NCBI RefSeq assembly: GCF_963921235.1
Contig: NC_086097.1
Location: 154,444,001 to 154,508,000, forward strand
Origin: Mobula hypostoma
Lineage: Eukaryota
DNA length: 64,000 nucleotides
Direction of reading: 5' to 3'
In this document: positions 36,946-48,517 of the stretch, piece by piece
Layout of the letters: each line of letters starts with the position of its first letter
Position numbering within the stretch: position 1 is the stretch's first letter
Notes under the pieces: model-generated
The model's database searches: none
The model's input: only the letters and a program-made list of their open reading frames with translations
What the model was told of the DNA's origin: nothing
Program-made: the position numbers and the translations under genes

Positions 36946-38990
36946 AAATTACTCTTTAGATATAAACCATAGTGAACAGAGGAGAAACAGAATGTAGCAA
37001 ATAATTATTCCTGCTGAGGACTGAGGGCTATTTACATTAGTCATGACTTAATTGATTTAACATTGTCCAACTAACTACGGTATTAATATCTCTTTTACCA
37101 CAACCGTGTAAAATGTAAGAGATCAGGATATTTAAGGTTAATACTATGTCTGCCATAAAACACAGAGAATGTGTGACTATAAACTTATATGCAGATAATC
37201 TTAATATTTACTACAATAGGCTAAAATATTCATAACTATCTCAGGACCATCTTTGTTTTCTATTTGCTGTTCATTCTCTCAATGGTTTGTGGTCATGCTA
37301 TCCTCAGGCTTTCCCATATGAGGCATTATTTCTTCAGCTTCGTTTTTGTTTGCTTGAACATTCTAGTGTGGGCCCATGTCTTCACTCGTTGAAGTTATTA
37401 GTATTCAGTCAAAGGCCAATTCTGACCTGTATAGTAGAGCATACTTGCTACAGCAATATATCACTGTGGTCATTGATCATTAAGTCAGCATAGGTCACAA
37501 TGACCTCACCAAAGCCTGCTCCAAGAGGCAGCCAGCCACAGTACCATGTCAAAGCAGGCACCTTTAGTGCTACTTACTAAATGATGCCTTACTGTTGTTT
37601 GTCAAGAACTCTATCACCTGTTTTTGTTAAATTTCATACCCTTCACTAACTCCACCTATTAATATTTTTACCCTTCATTGTTCTGTTATATTCCTTTTAG
37701 TAAATCTATAATTTATTGCTTTGTAAAACAAGTATGAAACCTCATTTCCCTCTTTTAACATTTAATCTAAGAGACTGGGATATCTAAGAATCGTGCAAGA
37801 AATTTAACATTTTCTTGAGCCTTAAACAGGTTCTCACCTGTTTATAAATATTGAGGATCATGAAATTATTTCCATTGAATCACTGTCTCACCGATAGTAG
37901 AATATGTGACAACATTTTCTTTCATCGGAAACTGGTGAGGAGAAACTGGGTTAATCGCACATTTATATTGGTGATCATCAGCCTTCTCTTGTTAAAGTGC
38001 AGATTAAACAATCACTAGCTGAATGAGTGCAAATGAAATTTTACACTTATAGTCTTAATTGAAAAATTAATTAAAGTTAAGAAAATTCAAACATGTTGAG
38101 TAAAAGAGGTGCAGCCCTTCAAATTATGTTAGAACTAAGCATTATGCCCAGAAATAAGATTGCATGTAATTGTCATGCACTAAAGCATGAATATATTCTT
38201 TGTCAATGATCAATTGGATTCCTTACAAGAAAAGTAAATAAATTAGTTACCAAGATATCAAGTGAGTGTTAGATTGGCCAAAACCCAGAACTAAGCTCTA
38301 AAACAGCACAAGACCCAATGCAACTCTTCATTTCTCTGAACAATACAGCCAGAAAGGACATCACCACTATCAATAGCAACCAGGTGTCAGGGACATAAAC
38401 CTGGTCACATGGATGCTGCTAATGAAGGAAGACAGTTCCTCACAGTCACTCAGATAGAAGCATGTCCGGAGGAGGTCCCATGTACCAATGGGGCGTGGAG
38501 GTAGGAACCTGTATGGTGATCTGTAACTACTGCTTATGCCTCAAGAATAGAGATTTTCACTGGGAGAATGTACTAAAGTGAGATGCTTTTCATCAGGCAA
38601 TGCAGAGATGCTTTTGTAAGCCAGTTAACTAACAGAAGCAGAGACTTATTCAATCAGTGCACTGGATCTGCAAATGTGAGGGATTTTTTATACATCTTCT
38701 GGATTCTCCCATCTGATTAGCGTATTACATTGGTAGGAAGGATTGTATGTTTATGTTTCTTAACACTGCAGTATGGATTACATTAAGGCAATATATTTTA
38801 CTTATGAAATTTGTCTCTATATTAAAGAGTCCTTTATATGCCATGTGACCACTTCCTGCTTCCTCTTCTTGTCTAGGAGGTGAGCCTACGGATTGTGAAC
38901 AACAGGAATTCTGCAGATGCTGGAAATTCAAGCAACACACATAAAAGTTGCTGGTGAACGCAGCAGGCCAGGCAGCATCTCTAGGAAGAG

Positions 38991-39332
38991 GTGCAGTCCT
39001 TCCAGGTGAGGCAACACTTCACCTGTGAGTCAGCTGGGGTGATATACTGTGTCTGGTGTTCCCGATGTGGCCTTTTATATATTGGCGAGACCCGACACAG
39101 ACTGGGAGACCGCTTTGCTGAACACCTACGTTCTGTCCGCCAGAGAAAGCAGGATCTCCCAGTGGCCACACATTTTAATTCCACATCCCATTCCCATTCT
39201 GACATGTCTATCCACGGCGTCCTCTACTGTAAAGATGAAGCCACACTCAGGTTGGAGGAACAACACCTTATATTCCGTCTGGGTAGCCTCCAACCTGATG
39301 GCATGAACATCGACTTCTCTAACTTCCGCTAA
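38991..39332 (+). pseudogene. PLE GIY-YIG endonuclease domain (uninterrupted frame, lacks upstream RT and a real start)
   Basis: GVIYCVWCSRCGLLYIGET.HRLGDRFAEH...HF...EEQHLI..GMN; CxxC between GIY and YIG as in PLE endonucleases; the GTG start comes from the inverted arm. Confidence 0.9.
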
Positions 39333-39614
39333 TGCCCCACCTCCCCCTCGTACCCCATCTGTTACTTATTTTTAAACACACATTCTTTCTCTCACTCTCC
39401 TTTTTCTCCCTCTGTTCCTCTGAATATACCCCTTGCCCATCCTCTGGGTCCCCCACCGCCTCCCCCTGTCTTTCTTCCCGGACCTCCTGTCCCATGATCC
39501 TCTCGTATCCCTTTTGCCTATCACCTGTCCAGCTCTTGGCTCTATCCCTCCCCCTCCTGTCTTCTCCCCCTCCCCCTCCAACTTTCAAATCCCTTACTCA
39601 CTCTTCCTTCAGTT

Positions 39615-39650
39615 AGTCCTGACGAAGGGTCTCGGCCTGAAACGTCGACT
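39615..39650 (+). ncRNA. Minimal type I hammerhead ribozyme, intact core; predicted cleavage after 39646
   Basis: AGTC(39615-18) CTGACGA(39619-25) AGG-GTCTCGG-CCT(39626-38) GAAA(39639-42) CGTC(39643-46) GACT(39647-50); stem I AGUC/GACU, helix II AGG/CCU, helix III reduced to palindromic ACGU. Confidence 0.85.
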
Positions 39651-40149
39651 GCACCTCTTCATATAGATTGTGAACAAAAACATATTCCTGATAGTCTTAC
39701 TGTTTCTCCTGCTTCTGAAAGACACAGTCCTTTAGTCTCCATCCTGTCCTCCACCATGAGCTTCAATCTTCAAGTGCTGATGTTTGACAACACATAGTAG
39801 AGATTGATGAGATCTTTACATCTGCTTGGTTAACTCCTGGACTTTTACTGCCAAAGAAATCAGATTTTTAGGAGCCCTATGATATTTTCCATTGGTACCA
39901 GTAATTGTGTGACTGTTTTAATCTTCATTCAGCTGCTGTGGTTAGAGACAGGGCTGGTTTGAATAGCCAGAGAAGTAAAGGGCAGTGATAGCCACTGGCG
40001 ATGTCCAGCATTGCTGAATTCCTCAGGATAAAGAAGCTGTACGTGCTTCACTGAAAGACAGTATTCACCATGAGGAAATCCTCATGATTTGCAAGGTTTT
40101 ACACATTGAGCCAGTGTTCCCGATTTACAAAAATATCTGGACTATGATT

Positions 40150-42645
40150 GATATATTCTGGGCCAGGAGGACTACACCCCAAGATTTTGAAAGAGGTAGC
40201 TGAAAGGATTGTGGAGGCATTAGTAATGATCTTTCAAGAATCACGAGATTCTGGAATGATTCCAGAGGTCTGGAAAATTGCAAATATTAATCCACTCTTA
40301 AGTAGGGAGGGAGGCAGAAAAAAGGAAATTATTGGCCATTTAGCCTGACTTCAGCAGTTGGGAAGATGTTGGAAAATCTCTATTATTTGGAGGCACATGT
40401 CAAAATAAGCCAAAGTCAGCATGGATTTCTAAAAGGGAAATCTTACCTGACAAACCTATTAGAATTATTTGAGGAGGTAACAGACAGGATAGATAAAGGA
40501 GCATCAGTAGATGTTGTTTTCTTGGACTTTCAGATGGCATTTAACAAGGTGCTACACATGAGGCTGCTTAAGAAGATAAGTGCTCATGGTATTGCAGGAA
40601 AGATATTAACATGTATAGAATATTGGCTGACTGACAGGCGGCAAAGAGTGGGAGTAAATGGGGTCTCATATGGTTTGTGACTGCCACTAGTGGTGTTCCA
40701 AGGGGTCAGTGTAGGGACTGCTTCTTTTCACGTTATATGTCTATGAAGGTTTACAAGTTGAACTTCAATGAAGATGGTGCCAGTGAACAACGCGACCAAG
40801 GGTGTCCTCCTCCATTCATTTCACTGAACTACTTCTTTCACCTCTTTTTGTTTCAACTATGGTTCTGCTACTGTTGGAGTCTATTATCTACATTTTGCTG
40901 GTGTGTTTTCAGGCCGATTAGTGATCTGGCACTTTGCTGTCTCCGAGTGGTCTTGGTGAAGTTTCAAGCAAAGTGTGCAGCCTGGAGACAGGTCATGGAC
41001 CTATAATCGACCCTTTTTTCTCCCTGATCTTGCTAACTAAATCATCAAGGAAGATTGAAATCATTAAGGAGAGTGGAGGTGAGTGGGTGTTCAGCACCAT
41101 CTACCTGTGGGTGACCGGGTTCTCTCTCCCTCTCGCTTGCTGCTGCCATAAGAAGATGACAACGTGCGATGGTCTCTTTCTCCCTCTCATCCATTGCTCC
41201 CAGAGGAAGATCCCTGTGTTCGAATGGTCTCTCTCTCCCTCTTGCTGGATACTGCTGGAGGATGGTGCTGGAGTCCTGGGTCTTAACCGATGTGAGTTGT
41301 GGACTGGACTCTGTAGTTCGCATTATGATGTGTTTCTGGTTTCTGGTTGCCCCTTTTTTTGTTGCTATTTTGTGCAATTTTGATCAAGGAGAACATGCTC
41401 TGCAACCTGAAGTCAATGAACAACATAGCACTAGTTTGAACTGAACTGAACTGAGCTGAACTGGGTATGCCAGGAATGATTCGATGATTTGTGACTTGAT
41501 GTTTCATATTCTGTGCTTTTTGCTTTTTTTTTGCTGTTTGCGTGATGTGTTCTTTTTATTTTGCACGTTGTGTGTGTGATGTTTCTCTCTGAATGGGGTC
41601 CATGGTTTTCTTTCTTTGTTTTGTGGCTCTCTGTGGAAAGATGAATCTCAGAGTTGTATACAGTACTGCACATATACTTTAAACTGAGAACTTTGAACCT
41701 GAACTTTGATACGGATGACTGAATTGATGGATTTGTGGCTACATTTGTTGACAATACAAAGATTAATGGAGGGGCAGGTAGCATTGAGAAAGCAGGAGTG
41801 CACAGAAGGATGGAATAGGAGAATGGACAAAGAAAGAGCAAATGGAATATGGTGTAGGGAAGTATAGAAGGAGTAAAAGTGCAGACTATTTTCTAAAAGG
41901 GAAGAAAATTCAAAAATCAGAGGTGCAAAGGGACTTGAGAGTCCTTGTGCAGGGTTCCTTAATTGTTAACTTGTAGGTTGAGAGTGGGGAAGGAAGGCAA
42001 ATGCATTATTAGCATCCATTGCAACAGGACTAGAATATCAAAGCAAGCAGGTTAGACTGAATCGTTATTGGTCAGACTGTACTTGGAGTACTGTGAGCAG
42101 TGTTAGGCTTCTGTTCTAAGAAAGGATGAGGTGGCATTGGAGAGGGTCCAGAGCAGGTTTGTGAGAATGATCTCTGGAATTAAAGGGTTAACACATGAGG
42201 AGCTTTTGATGGCTCTGGGTCTGTATATGATGGAGTTTAGAAGAATGAGGGGCAATCTCATTGAATCCTGTTGAATATTGAAAGGCCTAGATAGAGTGGA
42301 TGTGGAGAAAAAGATTCCAATAGTGGGAGAGTCTAAGACCAAAAGACACGGCATCAGAATAGTGGGACACCCCTTTAGAACAGAAATGAGGAGTTATTTC
42401 TTTAGTCAGAGGGGAGTAAATCAGTGAAATTCATTGCCACTGACAGCTGTAGAGGCTAAATCATTTAGTATACTTAAAGTGGAGGTTGACAGGTTATTGA
42501 TTAGTAAGGGCATCAAAGGTTATGGGAAGAAGCCTGCAGAATGGGGTTAGGAGGGATAATAAATCAGTCATGATGGAATGGTGGAGTAGACTTGATGGGC
42601 CGAATACACTAATTCTGCTCCTATGTCTTATGGTCTTATGGTCTA
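40150..42645 (+). mobile_element. Degenerate CR1 (40150-40747 and ~41708-42645) split by a non-coding insertion
   Basis: GPGGLHPKILKEVAE, QSQHGF, DFQMAFNKVLH on left; ATFVDNTKI, ALGLY..EFRR and (TCTTATGG)n tail on right. Confidence 0.85.
40748..41707 (+). mobile_element. Unclassified non-coding retroposon with Rex-type 3' end
   Basis: Interrupts CR1 cleanly; AAGATGGTGCC near 5' end; internal (GAACT)n; 3' GAATCTCAGAGTTGTATAC...(GAACTTT/GAACCT)n tail also seen inverted at ~49578-49650. Confidence 0.6.
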
Positions 42646-42660
42646 AATCTAAGGGTCAAT

Positions 42661-42753
42661 GAGCAACACACACCAAGGAACTCAGCAAATCAAGCAACAT
42701 CTATGCAGAGGAATAAACAATTGACATTTTGGGCCGAGACTCTTCATCAGTAC
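42661..42753 (-). mobile_element. PLE terminal-repeat unit, decayed hammerhead
   Basis: Minus strand GTA-CTGATGA-AGAGTCTCGGCCC-AAAA-TGTC-AATTG. Confidence 0.7.
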
Positions 42754-43531
42754 ATTAATAAGAACAAGGGTCAATGATGCTCTGTGAATAAACATGCTTC
42801 TGACATATTTCCAGGTTCTCTGTTGTCAGAAACAAACAACACATGCTTTGATATCCTTTCACTACAACTTTTAATGATGGCAAAGTTGGAGATAAAGGAA
42901 AAAATGGGTGCCAAATCTTTACTGAGTGTTAAATTATTATTGTGTGAACACTAGTTTTACTTGTAAATTGGAACCTGATATTGAGATAACATAAAAAAGG
43001 AAAAAAGTAGCTGACTTTAAATTTGCTTTGGATTAAAGTTATTGATTCTGTCAAACAAAAGTGAAAGTTAATTGACTGGGTACTGTAACAAGGAAAAGAA
43101 AGAATTGCCTGATTAAAAATTTATTTATAGTGACAGCATTGATTAAGAACCGTTTGTCCTATTTTCTTATTCATTTTCAGGATGGTCATATCACGGTTGA
43201 AGCCAGCATTCATCAATATTTGTCCTTAAAGTAAATGGTTTACTGGATCATTTCAGAAGGCATGAAGCGTCAATCAATAGCTGAAAAGCAAAATTCTGCT
43301 GAGAAACTGAAAACAAAATCAATAACAGCTGAAAATATTCAGCAGGTCAGATTGTATCTGTGGAAAGAGAAAAGCTATTTTAACACACGAGTTTGATTAG
43401 ATCTGATGAAGGATTAACAATAACAGATTTGAATCTCCAGCCGCCACAGTGGGTTTGGAATTAATTTCTCCGGCTCAATATACACACATCTGAATAACTA
43501 CTCCGGTAATTTAACAACTCCCCGAAATTAT

Positions 43532-43710
43532 TTTCTTAGAGATTCAGTGTGGAGAAGAGCCTTCCAGTCCATTGATCTGCATTGCCCAACAACCCACCTG
43601 TTTAACATTTGCCTAATCACGGAAAAATTTACAATAACCAATTAACTTACTAATTGGGACGTCTTAATAACGTGGGAGGAAATCAGAGCACCCAGACGAA
43701 ACACACCCAC
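43532..43710 (-). mobile_element. V-SINE 3' fragment
   Basis: GTGGGAGGAAATCAGAGCACCCAGACGAAACAC is the reverse complement of the V-domain. Confidence 0.7.
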
Positions 43711-43728
43711 CCAATAGTGAAATGGGTG

Positions 43729-43749
43729 AATAATAATAATAATAATAAT
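43729..43749. repeat. (AAT)7 microsatellite at the 5' junction of the R4/Dong element
   Basis: Directly visible. Confidence 0.95.
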
Positions 43750-45298
43750 TTTAATTCTTAAAAAACCTGAAAAAATGCCCAAATTTTTGACAGAAGGTAA
43801 AACATGTCTCTTACTTAAAGGAGAAATCACAAATGACCAATCAAAATATCATCCTATCACTTGCTTACAAACTATATATAAAATTGTAACATCATGTATC
43901 ATGCAATTAATCACCTCTTACTTAGATAACCACAATATACTTACAGATGAGCAGAAACGATACCATAAGGGTATAAAAGGATGTAAAGAACATCTGATAA
44001 TAATTTCTGTAACTCTAAATCAAGCTCGGTGGAAAAGCAGAAATCTTTCATGTTGTCATATTGACTACCAAAAAGCATTTGATTATGTCCCACACGCAAG
44101 GTTAATACAAGTTTTTAATATATATAAATTAGATCCTCTACTTGAGAAATTCCCATGACATCTGATGGAGTATTGGCGTTCTATAACCACCCTATCCATC
44201 ACCAACCAAAAAAGAACAACCACCATTGTCAAACTAGACTGAGGCATTTTCCAGGGCAATTCTCTAAGCCCACTATGGTTTTGTCTGGTTTTAAACCTGC
44301 TCTCTAATTTACTGAATCAGATGAAAATTGGGTATCAATTCAGGGACAACCAAACGAATTATATCTTGACAAACCTTGTATACATGAATGATTTGAAATT
44401 GCACGCTCCTTCATCAGACAAGCTAAAGAAATTCATTCAAATAGTTGAACTATTTACTAAAGATATAATCATAAACTTTGGACTAGATAAGTGCAAAATA
44501 TTGAACATAAAGAAAGGTGCAACAGAGTTAGAATATGAAACAGAACAGCAGGATACATTATAACTGATGGATGAGTACGAAACATATAAGTATCTGGGAT
44601 ATCAATAAGCAAAGTAAATAGATCATAGTGTAATAAAGGAAAAGCTTTCGACATAATTTAGATCGAGGCTTAAGAAAAATAGCCAAACAAAGCTCAATAG
44701 TAAAAATATAACAAAGGCACTTAACGCTTTCTATATACCCATGTTAAAACATTCATAATATCTTGGTCTGAAACCATCTGGAAGATTTACAAAGAAAGAT
44801 AAGAAATGAAATGACAAATTTTAGAAATCGCAATGTACACTTGAGCACACTCAGATTCACACTACCTAGGACAGAAGGAGGAAGAGGAATAAGTCATTAA
44901 AAAATCTACACAATAGTCAGATAAAACCTCTAAGGATATACTTTCATCAATGATAACAGGATTCAGCACTCCATGCAAGCATATGCAATTGTGAAAAGAA
45001 GTAAACACCACTAAATTTAAATGAAAGTACAACCCAGAAAAATTAAGAAACTATCACTGCAGAAGAATAGTTAACAATGTAAGAGCGCTATCCTCCATGG
45101 AAGAAAATCTCACAATCGGAGAAGATTAGATATTGACAACGAAGTGTCAAATGCCTGGCGCAGAGTTGGAGACCCCTTCCCAAAAACAGAGGGGTTCCTT
45201 GTGGAAACACAAAATGATCAAAAATACATAATAAAAGACTAACAAATTCAAAATAAAAAATACAGAAAACCAGAAACAACCCAACACATTACAGGTGC
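43750..45298 (+). mobile_element. R4/Dong-clade non-LTR retrotransposon fragment (RT to pre-zinc-finger region), degenerate
   Basis: FLTEGKTCLLLK..YHPITCLQTIYK, EQKRYHKGIKGCKEHL, IDYQKAFDYVPH, GIFQGNSLSPLWFCL, YMNDLKL, NFGLDKC, YKYLG, TLPRTEGGRG, SNAW.RVGD.FPKTEGFL. Confidence 0.82.
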
Positions 45299-45351
45299 AA
45301 TTATGGGTGCAATTCCCCCCCCCCCAAAGAAGCAGCAGCATTCTAAAGACA

Positions 45352-45670
45352 AAGCAACACACACAAAATGCTGGAGGAATTCAGCAGGCCAGACAGTATC
45401 TATGGAAAAGAGTAAACAGTTGATGTTTTGGGCCGAACTTCATGACTGGAAAGGAAGGAGGTGGGGGGAGGGGTGGAAGAAGTACAAGGTGGTAGGTGAT
45501 ACGTGGGGCGGGGGGTGAAGTAAAGAGCTGAGAAGTTGATTGGTGGAAGGGATTAAGGGCTGGAGGTGGTGGAATCTGATAGGAGAGGGTAGAAGACTAT
45601 GGAAGAAAGAGAAGGAGGAGGAGCACCAGAGGGAGGCGACGGGCAATTGAGGGAGATAAGGTGAGAAGTT
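45352..45670 (-). mobile_element. PLE 3' UTR plus terminal repeat, hammerhead deleted/decayed
   Basis: AAGCAACACACACAAAATGCTGGAGGAATTCAGCAGGCCAG..AGTTGATGTTTTGGGCCGA followed by purine-rich tract. Confidence 0.75.
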
Positions 45671-45780
45671 TTTTCACAGGAGAACATTTGATTTTGTTAA
45701 TGTACTAATAATCTACTGTAATGATTTTTAAAAATGTAGATTTAATGCTAGATTGCCTGTCAGCATTTGCCATTTTGTGT

Positions 45781-46012
45781 TGGGCACGTGGCCAAGTGGT
45801 TAAGGCGTTCGTCTAGTGATCTGAAGATCGCTAGTTTGAGCGTCAGCTATGGCAGCGTGTTTGTGTCCCTGAGCAAGGCACTTAACCACACATTGCTCTA
45901 GTGTCTGTGTGAGGAGTGGCGCCCCACACAGACTTCCAATCTGTGCCTTGTAAGGCATGAAAATGCCCGATGCAGGCATCTCATGGCCTGAGTCGACGTT
46001 CCCTCCCCTCCA
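45781..46012 (+). mobile_element. tRNA-derived SINE, same head/core as 23851-24168 but different tail
   Basis: TGGGCACGTGGCCAAGTGGTTAAGGCG...TGTGTCCCTGAGCAAGGCACTTAACCACAC then GTGAGGAGTGGCGCCCCACACAGAC...GAGTCGACGTTCCCTCCC. Confidence 0.82.
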
Positions 46013-47959
46013 TTCACCATTCTTTCACCTTAAGGCTCATAGGACATTCAAACGTGTACTGACAATCTTCACAGCCATTCAACCTTACCAACCCTATCTC
46101 AGTCTTTTACTGCAGCTTTCAATCAAACTGGGTTGATAATATATGCATGAAGAAACTGTAGCATTGTTATTTGAGGACAAACTTTAGCTCATTCTAACTG
46201 ATTTAAATTAAACTGTACACAGGATTAAATGCTCAAGAGTATTTATTAACTGAATCCAGAACCGGGTCTGCTCTCACTGCTCTCGTGTGCTGTCATAATC
46301 ACTTGACTGACCTCCTTCTCCTTCGGAGTGTAGTCACTAGGGTGAGAGGGTAAGCCAGGGGCTGGTCATTAGTGAAAAGCTTCATGGATGAGGAGGCTCT
46401 TGGATTCAGAAAGCAAGGGTCATAGACATTCCTACCACCTACTACGGCTCTATTACCAATCAAGCTTTGTCTATTTTCAGGTTTTTGTGTAATCAAGAGC
46501 TTACATGGGGAAGAAAGAAACTCCCGGGAAACTCAACCAGTTAAGCAGCATCTATAGAGGCAAAAGTGTAGTCAACAGTATGGGTTGAAACCCTACATCA
46601 GATATCCTGATTGCAGTCTTTAGTCTCCAAGAATGTTACCTGAGCACTGAGCTGTCCTAGAAGTTAGTTTTTTTTTTGCTCCATATTCCTGTATCTGCAT
46701 TCTCTCTTTTTATACAGTTCACATAAGGCATTTAGGGATGTGGAGAAAAGTTTCTGTTGCAAGCATGCAGACATATGGAGAAGAAGCATTATTTTTCTCT
46801 TTTGCCAATTCTGACTAATCCTGTGCATAGTCTCTAGGTTAATCTGCTTACAGACCTCATCACAGCAGCTGCAATGCACAAAGAACCAATGTTCTCAGCT
46901 CTGATTTTGTGAAGCTTGGCAGCAAACTAGTCCAATGAGGAAGAAAAACACTGTAGAACTGATTGAATATATGGCAGGCAGAACATTGGTGAGAGATCCA
47001 TATGCTGCCGCAAAAGTGCCTGTTATGCTTGGTATTGCCTTTTATTCCACAACCTTCTGCAAGCCTTAATGTTGTACATCAAAAACACACACAAGATGTC
47101 ACATTTTGTGCCATGTGGCAGTAAATGCTGATGGCATCCAGAGGCATGCCTTTGTATTCCTGGAATGTCCCTTATTTGAACATCAAAGTTTAGATGTTAG
47201 TGAACACTTGAAAATACATGGTCACTGGTCAGTCTTTGTGTGCTACTCTTTGATTGTCTTTGTTTGTATGTAGTTTTCCATTAATTCTGCCGTATTTATT
47301 TGTTTTACTGTGAATGCCTGCAAGAAAATGAATCTCAGGGTTGTATTTAATGACATATATACACTTTAATAATAAATTTACTTTAAATTCTGGAAAAGAC
47401 ACTACACAGGAAAACACTTTCCATGACTTGGGAGCCATCCCCCAATGAAGCCAGATATTGATGACAAAACTTACCATCATTTCTAACTTAGTCATCTTAG
47501 TCTTTGTTATCTGTGGAAAAAGAGTTTTTGAAGATTAAAACTTTGAATCTGACAGGGAAAAAGGGACAGATGATCCTCCTGCCTTTGCCACATCTACTAG
47601 AGGCTAATGACAAGTCCGAGAAATAAAGCTGGCCATTTTGCACATGTTCTGACATATATTTGTTTAACCTGAGGCAAAGTGGCATCACCAGAGGAACCGC
47701 TGTCTCACGGCTCCAGGATTACGGTTCAGGTTTGACATCCATTGCTGATTACATGGAGTTTACAGATGGGCTTCTCCAGTTGCTCTGTCCTCCACCCTCG
47801 TTCCAAAGGCTCATTGGCTGGTAGGTTAATTTGCTAATGTAAACTTCCCCTAGTGTGGCTAACTGGTGCATTATGAGGAGTGTGGTGCAGGGGGATGGTG
47901 TTGGGGAGGGGTGAAGAAGTTCATCAGTTCATCCATGCTGAACATTGGGGAATAAGTGG

Positions 47960-48517
47960 TGATCTTATAGAGGTGTATAAAATTATGTGGAGAATAATGT
48001 GCACAGTGTTTTCTTCAGGTTTGAAGGATCAGGAACAAGAGCGCAGAGATTTAAGGTGAAAGGGGAAAGGCTTAATAGGAACCTGAGGGGCAACTATTTT
48101 TACCCAAAGATTGGTCAGAATATGGAATAGCTGCCAGAGGAAGTATTTGAGGGAGGTGCAGTACATTAATGGCATTTGAAAGGTACTTCGTACATAGATA
48201 AGAGGCCAAAAGACCAGAGGACACAGCCTCAGAACAGAGGGGCATCCTTTTAGAATGGAGATGAGGAGGATTTTTTTTTTGCCAGAGGGTGGTGAATCTG
48301 TGGAATTCTTTGCCACAGGCAACAGTGGAGGCCAAGTATGTATATTTAAGGTAGAGGTTAATAGATTCTTGATTGGTCAGGGCTTTAAGGGATACAGGGA
48401 GAAGGCAGGAGACTGGGGCTGAGAGGAAAATTGGTCAGCCACAATGAAATGGCAGAGCAGACTGGATGGGCCGAATGGCCTAATTATGCTCCTATCGCTT
48501 CTAGACTTATGGTCTTA
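47960..48517 (+). mobile_element. Two abutting CR1 3'-end fragments
   Basis: DLIEVYKIM remnant 47960-48200; RGHSLRTEGHPFRMEMRR..QRVVNLWNSLP and CTTATGGTCTT tail 48205-48517. Confidence 0.75.

Larger units (their letters stand above)
38903..39665 (+). mobile_element. 5'-truncated Penelope-like element with inverted terminal-repeat arm and 12-bp TSD
   Basis: GATTGTGAACAA at 38891-38902 and 39666-39677; inverted tail 38903-38998; GIY-YIG ORF; pyrimidine-rich UTR; hammerhead. Confidence 0.92.

Noticed and set aside
38991..39332. Stand-alone GIY-YIG nuclease gene
   Set aside because: Start codon is a junction artefact; it is the 3' end of a truncated PLE ORF inside a TSD
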